Positions 19,812 through 29,758 are shown, numbered from the stretch's first letter. The stretch: DNA of 64,000 nt from an uncultured delta proteobacterium (GCA_963753975.1 CAVWEH010000001.1:128001-192000), one strand, 5' to 3'. Numbers and translations: made by a program. Notes: generated from the letters alone by a model not told the origin.

Positions 19812-20303
19812 ATGGATAAAGTAGAAATTAAGCTTTCAGCAGAACAATACAAAATATTGATCAAATTACTATATTTTGCTGATTATTGGGCTAATAGTGG
19901 TTTTATGTCTGAATTTAAAAACACTAATGATAGGAATAAAATTTTTAATCTTTTAACTAAAATATACGGATGTGGCGATAAAATAAATCTGCCTAAATCT
20001 ATTACGTCAATCATGACTCGAGAATTACCTTTCTCTAATAAAGAGTCTACTCGCTTTATGAGGCAGGTAGAGTCTGATCTTGAAGATATTGCTCGAAATA
20101 TTTTTGCACGTGCTTTTGCTGAACAAGATTTAAAAAAGCTGCTTGCTGCATTTGGTAATGATGACATAGAATTTGACATATTAAAACGTGAATTAATTCA
20201 GAAAAAAGCACAAATTTATATAAAGGAATTTGAAAATAACGGAATAAAAAATTTAAGATTTAAAATGTTTTACAAATTAAAAAATAATGAAAGCAATACT
20301 TAA
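19812..20303 (+). CDS. Hypothetical protein, AT-rich, gene-cassette-like
   Basis: ATG 19812 follows GTTAGGT. Visibly AT-rich, with the stop codon inside ACTTAAC. Confidence 0.65.
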   Translation: MDKVEIKLSAEQYKILIKLLYFADYWANSGFMSEFKNTNDRNKIFNLLTKIYGCGDKINLPKSITSIMTRELPFSNKESTRFMRQVESDLEDIARNIFARAFAEQDLKKLLAAFGNDDIEFDILKRELIQKKAQIYIKEFENNGIKNLRFKMFYKLKNNESNT

Positions 20304-20356
20304 CCACGGCTCGCAACGGATCGCTGGAGACGCCCACTGAAGCCATATAATATAAG
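20298..20356 (+). mobile_element. Degenerate attC-like site
   Basis: ACTTAAC (RYYYAAC) then GGCTCGCA...TGAAGCC imperfect arms. The right-hand GTT core is missing. Confidence 0.45.
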
Positions 20357-20367
20357 GGGAAATAAAA

Positions 20368-20625
20368 ATGATAAAACTAAAAAAGCGTTTACTCCAGGGC
20401 GAGGCTCTTCTTAAAAGGGCAGATGAGCTTGGAGTCTCACAACATGGCCTGTGTACAGAAAAACTCGGCAATATTAATGAAGCAATTCTCCAGCAACGAG
20501 TAATTGAAGCAGAACGACAACAAAGAGAACATAGATTATGGCTAATTGCTGTTATTTCAGCGATTGCTTCTGCCTTTAGCGCTCTTGCTGCTTGGTTTGC
20601 CGTTTTTTCTAAATGCGGTTCTTGA
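20368..20625 (+). CDS. Small hypothetical protein with C-terminal TM helix
   Basis: 85-aa ORF with a GGGGA RBS. Confidence 0.6.
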   Translation: MIKLKKRLLQGEALLKRADELGVSQHGLCTEKLGNINEAILQQRVIEAERQQREHRLWLIAVISAIASAFSALAAWFAVFSKCGS

Positions 20626-20637
20626 GAGGTGAGCCCA

Positions 20638-20958
20638 ATGAACTATCTGTATTTATTTTTATCAGTTGCTTTTAACGTGGCATCTTATCTGGTTTATAAA
20701 AGCATTGCTCAAAAACAACATGATTTTAGCTGGCAGGTCTTTTTTATCTTTGGCTTGATCCTCGGTGCCATCAATGTTTATTTGTTCATCAAAGCGCTCC
20801 AGAGTATAAATTTAAGCATTGCCTATCCAATATTTTCCGGCGCTTGTCTGGCTTTAATGATGATTTTGTCTCACTTTATTTTTGGAGAAAAGATAAGCGG
20901 CCTTAATATTCTCGGCACGGTTGTTATTTTTGTGGGGATTGTTTTGTTGTCTTACTAA
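20638..20958 (+). CDS. SMR/DMT family small multidrug-type transporter
   Basis: Four TM helices, KALQSINLSIAYP, FGEKIS, GIVLL. Start at GTG 20629 or ATG 20638. Confidence 0.8.
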   Translation: MNYLYLFLSVAFNVASYLVYKSIAQKQHDFSWQVFFIFGLILGAINVYLFIKALQSINLSIAYPIFSGACLALMMILSHFIFGEKISGLNILGTVVIFVGIVLLSY

Positions 20959-20963
20959 TTCTC

Positions 20964-21086
20964 ATACCAATTCGCTTTCTTTGGCTAACTTTGTTGGCAT
21001 CGTCGTCGGCTTCCTCAACGTATGTACAATACGTCTCCGGCGCCTCCTCCTTGCCGCCTCGTTATCCTTTGAAATCGAAATGGTAT
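20964..21086 (+). repeat. Repeat family B copy (MITE/REP-like with terminal inverted repeats)
   Basis: ATACCAATTCG...CGAAATGGTAT termini; internal sequence aligns by eye with 61679-61803. Confidence 0.8.
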
Positions 21087-21090
21087 TGCA

Positions 21091-21684
21091 TCAATCTCCA
21101 CTAGACGTAGTCGGATTACTGCCGCTCCAGTATTTGATAATATTTTTTCTGTGATTGAATAAAATAAGTAGAAATGTTGCGAGAGCGCCGGATATTGCAA
21201 TTAATCTCCAATGCGCGGAATGGGCCTCTCCTAAGGCCAAAACAAAAACCATGAAAAATGAAGCAATAAAAGTAATCCGGCCGATCCCGTAGAGAACGAC
21301 CCAGATTGCCGCGGCAAGGAGAGCCGCCCACGGCGCGATAAGGGCTGTAAAACCTAAATAGTTAGCTACACCTTTACCGCCGCGAAAACCATGAAAGCAA
21401 GGGAAGCTATTTCCCAAAACAAGAAAAAAGCCAGCCCAGGGGAGCAAATGCGTTTTTAAAAAATAGCTCGCTATAACCGCGACCGCCAGAGCCCGGCCGA
21501 TATCCAATAAAAAAACAACCATCGCCCAGATAAATCCTGCCTGGCGGTAAACGTTTGTGGTTCCCGCGTTGCCGCTGAAGCTCAGGCGAGGGTCTTCTTT
21601 ACCGGTTAGTTTAAAAAAAATAATAGCGAAATTTATAGAACCGGCAAGATAAGCAAAAAGATAAATTAAAAATGTTTTTCCCAT
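21091..21684 (-). CDS. plsY: Glycerol-3-phosphate acyltransferase, PlsY family
   Basis: YLAGSINF, SGNAGTTNVYR, FRGGKGVA, HRKNI. Confidence 0.88.
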   Translation of the reverse strand: MGKTFLIYLFAYLAGSINFAIIFFKLTGKEDPRLSFSGNAGTTNVYRQAGFIWAMVVFLLDIGRALAVAVIASYFLKTHLLPWAGFFLVLGNSFPCFHGFRGGKGVANYLGFTALIAPWAALLAAAIWVVLYGIGRITFIASFFMVFVLALGEAHSAHWRLIAISGALATFLLILFNHRKNIIKYWSGSNPTTSSGD

Positions 21685-21687
21685 TGG

Positions 21688-22554
21688 TTAAATTTCTGCC
21701 TTAATCCAATCCGGCGGATGCAGGCGGCCCTGAGTTACGTCCCTCATTTTAATGCCGCTAATGATTTCATAAATAACACCATTTAAATCATAAATCCAGG
21801 CATCAAATATTAGCGGCTCGTGATTAATATCCACCGGCACAATCCGGCCAAGATAACTGCCTTTCTTTTTTGTCTTTTGATAAATAACTCTTCTTTCAAA
21901 ACCTGTGGGAAAGGGGACAATGCCGTTGAAGCGTTGTCCCCAAACACAAGCCGCATGCATTGCCGCATCCAGTGGAAACGGCGAACCAAGCAAATTTTCA
22001 TCGGCCTCGTAATTCCCGCCGGAAAGATAAGCCAAAGCGCCCTCCGGTGAAACTGCTAAATCACCGGTGATGTTTTGATAAGCCGTTCCGAAAGGCACTA
22101 GTTCACGGTAAATCGTGGCCGCAGGTACGCTGATGCATTTTCCATTGAGCTTTTCCACAATCCGAAAAGGAGATGCAGGGCAGGGGGAGGTATCGGCAGT
22201 GGCAAATTCCACACGGGCATGTTCGAGGGCGCGGCTGATTGCGCTTTTTTTTGATTTTATCGAAGTTAAAAGCACGGCGGTAATATTACCATCACCGGCA
22301 TCTTCTATATCGACAAATATCTCTAAGCGCTTTGTCTCCGGGGGAATGATTAAAAAGCGGGGAAAGCGCGCCTTGAACAACCAGTTGATACTCATCTGCG
22401 GGAAATTAAGCTGAACAACATTAGCCAAAGCGATTAATGTTTCCACCGCGGGCAGAATCACCTTTCCTTCGAAATAGTGATCGCGCAAATATGGAGATAT
22501 CTCAATTGCCGAAGTATAGCGGGTTTTTTTATTTATTTGGGGAACGATGTCCAT
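21688..22554 (-). CDS. Stand-alone PKS-type double-hotdog dehydratase
   Basis: YLRDHYFEGKVILPAV (HxxxGxxxxP), FGTAYQ, LDAAMH (catalytic Asp motif). Confidence 0.75.
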   Translation of the reverse strand: MDIVPQINKKTRYTSAIEISPYLRDHYFEGKVILPAVETLIALANVVQLNFPQMSINWLFKARFPRFLIIPPETKRLEIFVDIEDAGDGNITAVLLTSIKSKKSAISRALEHARVEFATADTSPCPASPFRIVEKLNGKCISVPAATIYRELVPFGTAYQNITGDLAVSPEGALAYLSGGNYEADENLLGSPFPLDAAMHAACVWGQRFNGIVPFPTGFERRVIYQKTKKKGSYLGRIVPVDINHEPLIFDAWIYDLNGVIYEIISGIKMRDVTQGRLHPPDWIKAEI

Positions 22555-23012
22555 AGCTGAACCGTTTTAGGATCAACGGCCACGGGTGTGCCCGTCAAAT
22601 TTAAGGCGCAGTGTTTGGTAAAGCCGATACAGATCAGATGTCCCTTTTCCGCGTGGGTGATTACGTAATCGAACTGCAAACGTACCCGCTCCAAATTTAC
22701 CGGCCGTGTGTGAATATACATCAAATCATCATAATACAAAGGCTGATAAAAACTGATGCCCAAATCGAAAATCGGATAAACAAAGCCGCTGGCCTCAATT
22801 TCTTTGTAAGGGTAGGCAAGATCGCGCATCAACGAGGTCCGGCCGAATTCAAAATAACGCAGGTAATTGGAATGATAAACCACTTCCGAGCGATCGGTAT
22901 CAGCGTATAAAGTCCGGTTTTGGGAACGGTGCCAGACAAAGCCGGACGTCCGATCACGCACATACTTTTCATCGTTATTATGAATTTCCGGTTTAAATGG
23001 TTTGGGCCTCAT
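22533..23012 (-). CDS. Acyl-CoA/acyl-ACP thioesterase (YbgC/4HBT family)
   Basis: YADTDRSEVVYHSNYLRYFEFGR, PLYYDD. Confidence 0.88.
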   Translation of the reverse strand: MRPKPFKPEIHNNDEKYVRDRTSGFVWHRSQNRTLYADTDRSEVVYHSNYLRYFEFGRTSLMRDLAYPYKEIEASGFVYPIFDLGISFYQPLYYDDLMYIHTRPVNLERVRLQFDYVITHAEKGHLICIGFTKHCALNLTGTPVAVDPKTVQLWTSFPK

Positions 23013-23013
23013 T

Positions 23014-24279
23014 TTATACTCCCCTGAAAATTACACAGCAATTTGTTCCGCCAAATCCGAAGGCGTTGGAAAGAGCAATTTCGTATTTTTGTTTGCGCGC
23101 GGCATTCGGCACAACATCAATATCGGCAAGCTCCGGATCGGGAAGATGATTAATCGTGGGCAGGATGATGCCCTTTCTCATTCCTTCAATGGTCAACGCG
23201 GCCTCAATAGCAGCCGTTGCTCCCAGAGTATGTCCTAATTGAGATTTATTCGAAGACACGGGAATTTTTTCTATTTTTTTGCCGAAAACATCCCGCAGGC
23301 ATTTTATTTCCGTTTGATCTCCTTTGGGGGTGGAAGTGCCGTGGGCGTTGATATATTGAATATCTTGCGGCTTTAAACCCGCATCTTCAATTGTTTCCCT
23401 CAGCGCTCGTATAATTGTCACAGCGTTAGGGCTGGTGTAATGATGCGCATCCGATGTCCACCCGATACCCAAAACTTCCGCTTTGGGTGTGAGTCCGTAA
23501 ACTTTAATTAATTCTTCCGCTGCGAGAACTATAACGCCTGCGCCTTCAGAAAGAACAAAGCCTTTGCGGTCGATACTAAAAGGACGGGATGCCTGGGCAT
23601 GATCAGCATAGGCGCGATCGTCAGGATGAACTTTGATCGTGGCGTTCATATTGGCAAAGCCGTGAATCAGTTCCGGTAAAATCGGCGCATCAGCGCCGCC
23701 CGCCAGAACAAAATCGCAATCACCGTCCCGAATCATTCTTGCGCCGATGCCGATGGCGTGGTTACCGGAAGCGCAGGCGCCCTGCGGTGAAAAAATAGGG
23801 CCGGTAAATTTTAACAGCATTCCGGCTTTGCCCGAAGGCAGATTCGCGCATAAATTAGGCAGCAAATAGGGACTGACCCGGAGCGGTCCCCGATGTTCCA
23901 AATCGTGCATGGCAACACGAAAGGCGTCCGATCCGTTCAGGGCTGAACCGATAAGGCAAGCCATCCGGGGGGCAATCCGCTCATCAATGGTAATCCCTGA
24001 GTTTTCGAGCGCCTCCTTACAAACAGCCATGGTTAGAATTACAAAAGCGGCATTCCAGTTATAAACTTCTTTAGCATCGGTAAAATCAAGTTCCAGCGGA
24101 TACCAATCTGGAATTTCTCCGACTATGTCGCAAGCCGATTCTACTTTACAGCGCGTCACCTTCCGAAAACCGGCTTCACCCTTGATAGCCCTTTTCCATG
24201 TTTTCTCAAAAGTGGCCCCCAGCGGGGTAGCGGCGCCGTAACCGACAACAAAAACTTTTCTATTCTTAGGGGCTTTCAT
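23014..24279 (-). CDS. fabF: Beta-ketoacyl-ACP synthase (FabF-type)
   Basis: GACASG, NAHGTST, KSQLGH, NAFGFGGTN. Start set at MKAPKN (24279, RBS AAGGA) because the longer ORF runs into a repeat. Confidence 0.9.
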   Translation of the reverse strand: MKAPKNRKVFVVGYGAATPLGATFEKTWKRAIKGEAGFRKVTRCKVESACDIVGEIPDWYPLELDFTDAKEVYNWNAAFVILTMAVCKEALENSGITIDERIAPRMACLIGSALNGSDAFRVAMHDLEHRGPLRVSPYLLPNLCANLPSGKAGMLLKFTGPIFSPQGACASGNHAIGIGARMIRDGDCDFVLAGGADAPILPELIHGFANMNATIKVHPDDRAYADHAQASRPFSIDRKGFVLSEGAGVIVLAAEELIKVYGLTPKAEVLGIGWTSDAHHYTSPNAVTIIRALRETIEDAGLKPQDIQYINAHGTSTPKGDQTEIKCLRDVFGKKIEKIPVSSNKSQLGHTLGATAAIEAALTIEGMRKGIILPTINHLPDPELADIDVVPNAARKQKYEIALSNAFGFGGTNCCVIFRGV

Positions 24280-24301
24280 ATTACGATAATTATCCTTTAT
24301 T

Positions 24302-24618
24302 TGTGAAACTCCAATTCTAATGAAACTCAAATATTATCCCGTTACGGGATGTCGCGTCTTTGAAAATAGCCTTCGGCTCCTTACAGAGGTGCTCCACAAA
24401 CGCAGTGAAGTAATATCTGTAAGTTGTAATGAGACTAAAACTTCAAAAGCAAATAACCTAAAGGTCACTATAGGCGCATTGAAGTTTTTTAGCCGAATTA
24501 TCCAATAGCCGGTGGCTATTGGAAATTATCCCGCGCGCGCAGCTTAGCGGGCGACAACAACCCCGCTAAGCGGAGGGTATAATACCCAAAAGCTTGATTT
24601 GGGTTTTATACCCGTGAT
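24302..24618 (-). repeat. Repeat family A copy (expanded), between the two fabF genes
   Basis: Minus strand starts ATCACGGGTATAAAACCCAAATCAAGC...ATACCCTCCGCTTAGCGGG and ends AATTGGAGTTTCACA, with extra internal hairpins. Confidence 0.8.
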
Positions 24619-25865
24619 CATAGCCTGCGCAAAACCAGACAGGAATTGCATCCGCCGAAACCAAACGCGTTTTTCAATACAAATTCCTGACTCAACTTTC
24701 TCGCGCCTTCGGCGACACAGTCAAGAACAATTCCCGGATCGGGAACATAGTTTATCGTGGGAAGCAAAGTTTCTTTGATCATTCCTTCCATCGCCAGAAT
24801 CGCTTCAACGGCGGAAGATGCGCCCATGGCGTGTCCCATCTGCGATTTATTTGCCGATACCGGAGGAACATTTTTTCCGAAAATGTTGGAGAGGGCATCA
24901 GCTTCCACTTTATCGCCCACTTTTGTCGAAGTGGCATGTGCATTAATGGCGTCTATGTCAGCGGGCCGTAATCCGGCATTGGCAATCGACTCTTTGATGC
25001 ATCTTTGCACTGTTTCCAGTTTGGGCGAAACAAAATGGCTCGCATCGGAAGTCATTGACCAGCCGGCCAATTCTATTTTCGGTTTTAACCCATGCGCTTT
25101 CGCAAATTCTTCAGTTGCCAGAATAATGCAGCCGGCGCCTTCGGAGACGACAAACCCTCTTCTATTCACGGAAAAAGGGCGGCTGGTTTTTTCCGGTGGC
25201 TCTTCCGGCTGTCCCTCTTTCGGGCGGTAAGCGCCGTTCATCGTGGCAAATCCCGCGACAATCGGTTCCACCAAAGGAAAGTCAACGGCGCCGCCGATAA
25301 CCACATCAGCCATACCCCGTTGCAAGAGCATCTCGCCCACGATAAGCGAGGTGATTCCGGTGGCGCACGCCGTTATAGTCGAACAGATTGGGCCTGTTGC
25401 TCCCGTCAGGATAGAAACCTTGCCTCCGACCATATTAATGCACGAATTGGGATTGGTAAAGGGGTGAGGCATCTTGCCTTCTTGAACCATCAGGCGATCA
25501 GCCTGGAGCACAGCGTCCAGGCCACCGACTGCCGTGCTGAAAGTAACCGCCACCCGTGGCGCGATATCCGCGGAAATTACAATTCCGCTTTTTTCCAGAG
25601 CGCGATGCACAACAAGAAGAGCGTATTTAAAGATCGGTGATGTCCAGTGCGCCATTTCCCGCGGCTGTAAAAAAGGATACGGCCGTAAGCCCACCTCCGC
25701 TACTTCACCGGCAACACGCACAGGAAAATCGGCGGTAAGCGGAAATCTGGTCAACTTTCCTATTCCGCAATCTCCTGCGGCCGCGCGCTGCCACTCCGTA
25801 TCCAAATCCGTTCCTAAGGGAGAAACGGCATCATAACCCAATATTAGAGCTTTCTTTGAACTCAT
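24618..25865 (-). CDS. fabF: Beta-ketoacyl-ACP synthase (FabF-type), second paralogue
   Basis: TACATG, NAHATST, KSQMGH, NAFGFGGCN. Confidence 0.9.
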   Translation of the reverse strand: MSSKKALILGYDAVSPLGTDLDTEWQRAAAGDCGIGKLTRFPLTADFPVRVAGEVAEVGLRPYPFLQPREMAHWTSPIFKYALLVVHRALEKSGIVISADIAPRVAVTFSTAVGGLDAVLQADRLMVQEGKMPHPFTNPNSCINMVGGKVSILTGATGPICSTITACATGITSLIVGEMLLQRGMADVVIGGAVDFPLVEPIVAGFATMNGAYRPKEGQPEEPPEKTSRPFSVNRRGFVVSEGAGCIILATEEFAKAHGLKPKIELAGWSMTSDASHFVSPKLETVQRCIKESIANAGLRPADIDAINAHATSTKVGDKVEADALSNIFGKNVPPVSANKSQMGHAMGASSAVEAILAMEGMIKETLLPTINYVPDPGIVLDCVAEGARKLSQEFVLKNAFGFGGCNSCLVLRRL

Positions 25866-25961
25866 AACTTATTTCCTAATAAATATAAAAAAATCCTCTC
25901 CTTAAAGAAGGGGGGAATGATTGTTGATCACAGACGTGTCTATATCAAAGATTATTGGGTA

Positions 25962-26957
25962 TTACCACGGAATAAAACGATACAGCTTGGCGAACATTTC
26001 ATAAACTTCGATCCAGTTTTGTAAATCTTTAGTCGATCGCAAGTGTTCCCGCTTATTGACCATTATCCAGCTCATGTGTGCCGCACCGTCTTTGCAGGTC
26101 GAGCAATCGCGCGTTGCCGATGTGCAGCAGCGGTGAACTGTTTGTAAATCGGAAGCCCAGCGGAAAAAATGAATCAGACGACGGGTTGGCGGCTGTCTGT
26201 GATCCAGAGATTCGGTAACAGACGGGCATTCTTTCCAGCCAAAACGACGTCCCATCATTTTTCCGGTGGTAATAACTTCATGATAGTATTTGCTGGAAAT
26301 TACACTTTGCGGGTATTTATCCAGCATTTCATCCATTTCGGAGCATAAATCTTTGAGTTCGCCTTCGCGCCAGGAAAATCCGTCAACACCTTCATCATTC
26401 GAGAGAAGCTGGAGATGTACTTTTAAGCCGACATCCGCAATTCGTTTGATCACCGGTTCGATTTTTCCTAACTGCTTTGGTGTTATTGTGTAAAGATAGT
26501 ACGTGTAGGGGTCTCCGGCATAATTTTTACTGGAGAGAGCAAAAGTATCGCGTCCGCGCAGAACCTTTTCATCGGCACTTCCGCCCCACAGGGAAATCCC
26601 CACCATCAGGTCGGGAAACCTTTCCCGGGGAACTTTAATCAGGCCGTTGGTGGCGCAATAGGTAGGCAGACGCTTGTAAAAAGCTTCAACGCGATCCATG
26701 CAGAGAGTCGGCTCACCCCCGATCAGAATCGCCAGATTAACGCCGCGCTCTTTTTCTTTATCAATAAAATTTTCCCATTTCCATATGTCCATTTCCTCCG
26801 TCACTTGATGCTCGCCGGAAGAAAAGAAAAAACACCCCTTGCAGCGCAAATTGCAGCGGTTGGTTACATCATATATGGAACTGCGGATGTTAAGATTGGC
26901 AATCCGTTTGTAACGGGCTTGCCAATTCTTATCCAGTAGGGAACTAACAGTTTTCAT
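25962..26957 (-). CDS. Radical SAM protein (paralogue 1)
   Basis: CNLRCKGC, GGEP, ATNG, C-terminal CC-x6-C-x2-C (CCTSATRDCSTC). Confidence 0.9.
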   Translation of the reverse strand: MKTVSSLLDKNWQARYKRIANLNIRSSIYDVTNRCNLRCKGCFFFSSGEHQVTEEMDIWKWENFIDKEKERGVNLAILIGGEPTLCMDRVEAFYKRLPTYCATNGLIKVPRERFPDLMVGISLWGGSADEKVLRGRDTFALSSKNYAGDPYTYYLYTITPKQLGKIEPVIKRIADVGLKVHLQLLSNDEGVDGFSWREGELKDLCSEMDEMLDKYPQSVISSKYYHEVITTGKMMGRRFGWKECPSVTESLDHRQPPTRRLIHFFRWASDLQTVHRCCTSATRDCSTCKDGAAHMSWIMVNKREHLRSTKDLQNWIEVYEMFAKLYRFIPW

Positions 26958-27005
26958 TAACTTTTGTCCTTCTTCAGAAAAATAATATAATGCCCGGCCT
27001 CTTTC

Positions 27006-28094
27006 TTAATTTACAGTTACCTGTGGCGGCGCTACCTGTTCGGTGCAAAGATTTTCCCCCTTTTCATAGTTCATAACCCAGACCGCCAAATAGGTGTCGA
27101 CATAATCAAGCCAGGACTTAAACGAAGCCAGGCTATTGACGTGGCGGTATAGGCGCGCTGTTACGACCGCGGAACCGGCGGCGTAATGACGGCAATCGGC
27201 GCAATCTGTATCCGGCACACAACAGGCAACCGACCTGTCCCAATTAAGGTCGGTCCTGTATTGCCGGAAAGATCTGCCCAGGCCGATATCCTGGGAAGGA
27301 TTCTGGCGGGGATATGAGCAGCCGTAAAGACCGTGCAGACCCTTTTTATGAGTGTGCGCCACGGCATTGTAGACTGAAAAAAGGATATTCTGCGGATATT
27401 CATTCAATAGCGCTAGCATCATTTGCTTTGTTCGTTCGAGAGATTCATCATCATGCCGCAGAGGACCTGCATAACCGACCGGAGAAGAAAAAACATTAAA
27501 AGTTAGTTTACAACCGTGGGCAACAAGATCTTTGGCGACATCATTTACTTCATCGATATTTTCCCGCGTAAAGGTGTAGACAAATACTGCGCGCGGATCA
27601 TTTTTATAATTTTCAATCTGTTTTTTTAAAAGATTTTTCGCTTTTCTGATGCGCAGGCTGGTTTCGTCATTACCCCAGACGGAAATATGTATTTTGTACC
27701 CTACCGATTCCGGGATTTTTTTAAAACCATTGGTAGCAATACTGCCTAGCGGCATTTCCTGATAGCACACATCCAGCAGTTCCGGCACTAAAGACGGCTC
27801 GGCTCCCGCCAAAACTACATAGGTAATACCGCGAGTTTTTTCAGTCTGCATTAGTTTACGCCATGCTTTGGCGTCGCCAATTTCCCGGGCAAACTGCTTA
27901 TCCCCTTCAAAATAATAACAGCCGTCACAACGGATATTACAGCGGTTAGACATGTCATAGGTTGATTCCCGCAGAAAAAAATATTTCCGGACTTTTTCCC
28001 AACGCGCCTTTATCTCCGGCTGGGCTAAAAGTTCAGAAAATTTCGGTTTGGCAGATTCCAGAGAATCTTTATTGTTGAAAGTAGTCATAGACAA
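27006..28094 (-). CDS. Radical SAM protein (paralogue 2)
   Basis: CNIRCDGC, GAEP, ATNG, C-terminal CC-x5-C-x2-C (CCVPDTDCADC). Confidence 0.9.
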   Translation of the reverse strand: MSMTTFNNKDSLESAKPKFSELLAQPEIKARWEKVRKYFFLRESTYDMSNRCNIRCDGCYYFEGDKQFAREIGDAKAWRKLMQTEKTRGITYVVLAGAEPSLVPELLDVCYQEMPLGSIATNGFKKIPESVGYKIHISVWGNDETSLRIRKAKNLLKKQIENYKNDPRAVFVYTFTRENIDEVNDVAKDLVAHGCKLTFNVFSSPVGYAGPLRHDDESLERTKQMMLALLNEYPQNILFSVYNAVAHTHKKGLHGLYGCSYPRQNPSQDIGLGRSFRQYRTDLNWDRSVACCVPDTDCADCRHYAAGSAVVTARLYRHVNSLASFKSWLDYVDTYLAVWVMNYEKGENLCTEQVAPPQVTVN

Positions 28095-28104
28095 TTTCTA
28101 TCGA

Positions 28105-28377
28105 TTAACTTTTCGCGGTAAGTTTTTCTTTGATATAATCGGCTATCAGGCGAATAGTTTTCAATTTTGGATAATCGTCTTCATCAATCACAATTTTGTA
28201 TTCATCCTGCAGTACTAAGGCAATGGTGGCTAAATCCATACTATCAATGCCCAGTTCATCCACCAGGTCCATATCAGCGTTGAATGTTTCTGCCGTAACA
28301 TCTTCCAGCTTAAGTTCTCCAATAATGACTTCGGCTACATGACGTATAATGCCTTTTATATCGAGATTTTCAGGCAT
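28105..28377 (-). CDS. Acyl carrier protein
   Basis: Acidic, 90 aa, LGIDSMD phosphopantetheine site. Confidence 0.92.
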   Translation of the reverse strand: MPENLDIKGIIRHVAEVIIGELKLEDVTAETFNADMDLVDELGIDSMDLATIALVLQDEYKIVIDEDDYPKLKTIRLIADYIKEKLTAKS

Positions 28378-28379
28378 TC

Positions 28380-28778
28380 TTATCCTCCTTCTGCACTTTT
28401 TTTATCTTCTTTTATTTTCTGCGCAATTATTAAACCGCTGCATACGATATTTTCTTTGTTTGCCACTTTAAAAGAAAACAATGTTTCCTCGCCCAATTCT
28501 TCACCGGAGATCGTCAGCGACAAATTTTCTCCTGGTTTTACCGGCTGAGTAAATCTCACTCTTCTCAGCGTGGAAAGTCTAACTTGCTCGTTTCTTTTTT
28601 CGGTATGGCGGATAATTGCCTGTTCGGTCATATGAACCAGAGCTATTCCCGGAAGAATCGGCTCATTGGGAAAATGTCCCACAAACCAAGGCGAATCAGC
28701 CGGCACATATGCTAACGCTTCGATCTCATTTGGTTTATTGGATTTAACCTCTCCCAGCAAATTCCATCGACCTTTCAA
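28380..28778 (-). CDS. FabZ/ApeI-like hotdog dehydratase
   Basis: WFVGHFPNEPILPGI, VRFTQPVKPG. TTG start with GAGG RBS. Confidence 0.82.
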   Translation of the reverse strand: MKGRWNLLGEVKSNKPNEIEALAYVPADSPWFVGHFPNEPILPGIALVHMTEQAIIRHTEKRNEQVRLSTLRRVRFTQPVKPGENLSLTISGEELGEETLFSFKVANKENIVCSGLIIAQKIKEDKKSAEGG

Positions 28779-28890
28779 GAGAATAGACCTCGTTTAGCGC
28801 CGTGCAAAATTTAATTTATTTTGAGAAATATTTCTTTATATCACTAATTATTTTTTAATCAAAATTTTTTATAAAATCAATGATTAATTT

Positions 28891-28925
28891 ACCCCGTTAG
28901 AAAGTAGAAGACTTTCTAACGGGGT
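28891..28925. repeat. Perfect 15-bp stem palindrome (REP-like or terminator)
   Basis: ACCCCGTTAGAAAGT-AGAAG-ACTTTCTAACGGGGT, 20 nt past the deacetylase stop. Confidence 0.75.
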
Positions 28926-28945
28926 TTGCTTTCGGAAAAATATTT

Positions 28946-29758
28946 TTATAAATTATTATTTTCTATGATCATCACTTCTTTGTTTATTAAAACGGAAAGC
29001 GGCACAACTCTAAAACCTCGGGAAATAATTCCGGCCAGAAGAATTTCTATCTCCGCTAAAAAAACGGCATTATCTTCCTTGCTTCGCGCCGGCACGTCGT
29101 GGAGCAGTATAATATCACCGGCTTTTACTTTTTTCAGTATTTTTTGGCCGATGTTTTTTATAAAAAAATTGCCGGCATCAAAGGCGCGGCAACCGAACGT
29201 CACACAATACATTTCCAGTTTGTCAAGAATCGACGAGAGTTTGGGATTGACGATGCCCACCGGCGGCCGGAAAGCCCGCATTTTTATCCCCATTTTTCGC
29301 AAAGCTTCTTGAGTCGCGAAGATTTCCTGGTAAAGAGTATCAAAAGATCTAAGCATCAAAAAGGGATAATGGTGATATGAATGGTTGCCGACAGAATGAC
29401 CGCGGGAAATTATGTCCTTAATGATATCAGGATGGAGAACGGCATTGACACCGGAGATAAAAAAAGTCGCCTGTATTGAATATCTATCAAGCAGATTGAG
29501 AATCTGTATCGTCATCGGTTTTGTAGGGCCATCATCAAAAGTAAGCGCAACCATATTTTCCCGCATGTTGCCGCGGCTGATCACGGGCAGGAAAAAGTTG
29601 GTTTGTGGGAAAAAAGAAGCAAAAAAACACAGAAGAATATAAAAAAAAGCGACGGCCGCCGCCATCAAGGGGTTGACAAAATAAACTAACACGGCGACAG
29701 CCAAAAGAATTATTCCTGTAGCTTCGGCCGGATTCAAGAATGGCAATCTCTTTTTCAT
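28946..29758 (-). CDS. Membrane-anchored polysaccharide deacetylase (CE4/NodB)
   Basis: N-terminal TM segments, LTFDDGP, GNHSYHH, FRPP, IILLHD. Confidence 0.88.
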   Translation of the reverse strand: MKKRLPFLNPAEATGIILLAVAVLVYFVNPLMAAAVAFFYILLCFFASFFPQTNFFLPVISRGNMRENMVALTFDDGPTKPMTIQILNLLDRYSIQATFFISGVNAVLHPDIIKDIISRGHSVGNHSYHHYPFLMLRSFDTLYQEIFATQEALRKMGIKMRAFRPPVGIVNPKLSSILDKLEMYCVTFGCRAFDAGNFFIKNIGQKILKKVKAGDIILLHDVPARSKEDNAVFLAEIEILLAGIISRGFRVVPLSVLINKEVMIIENNNL

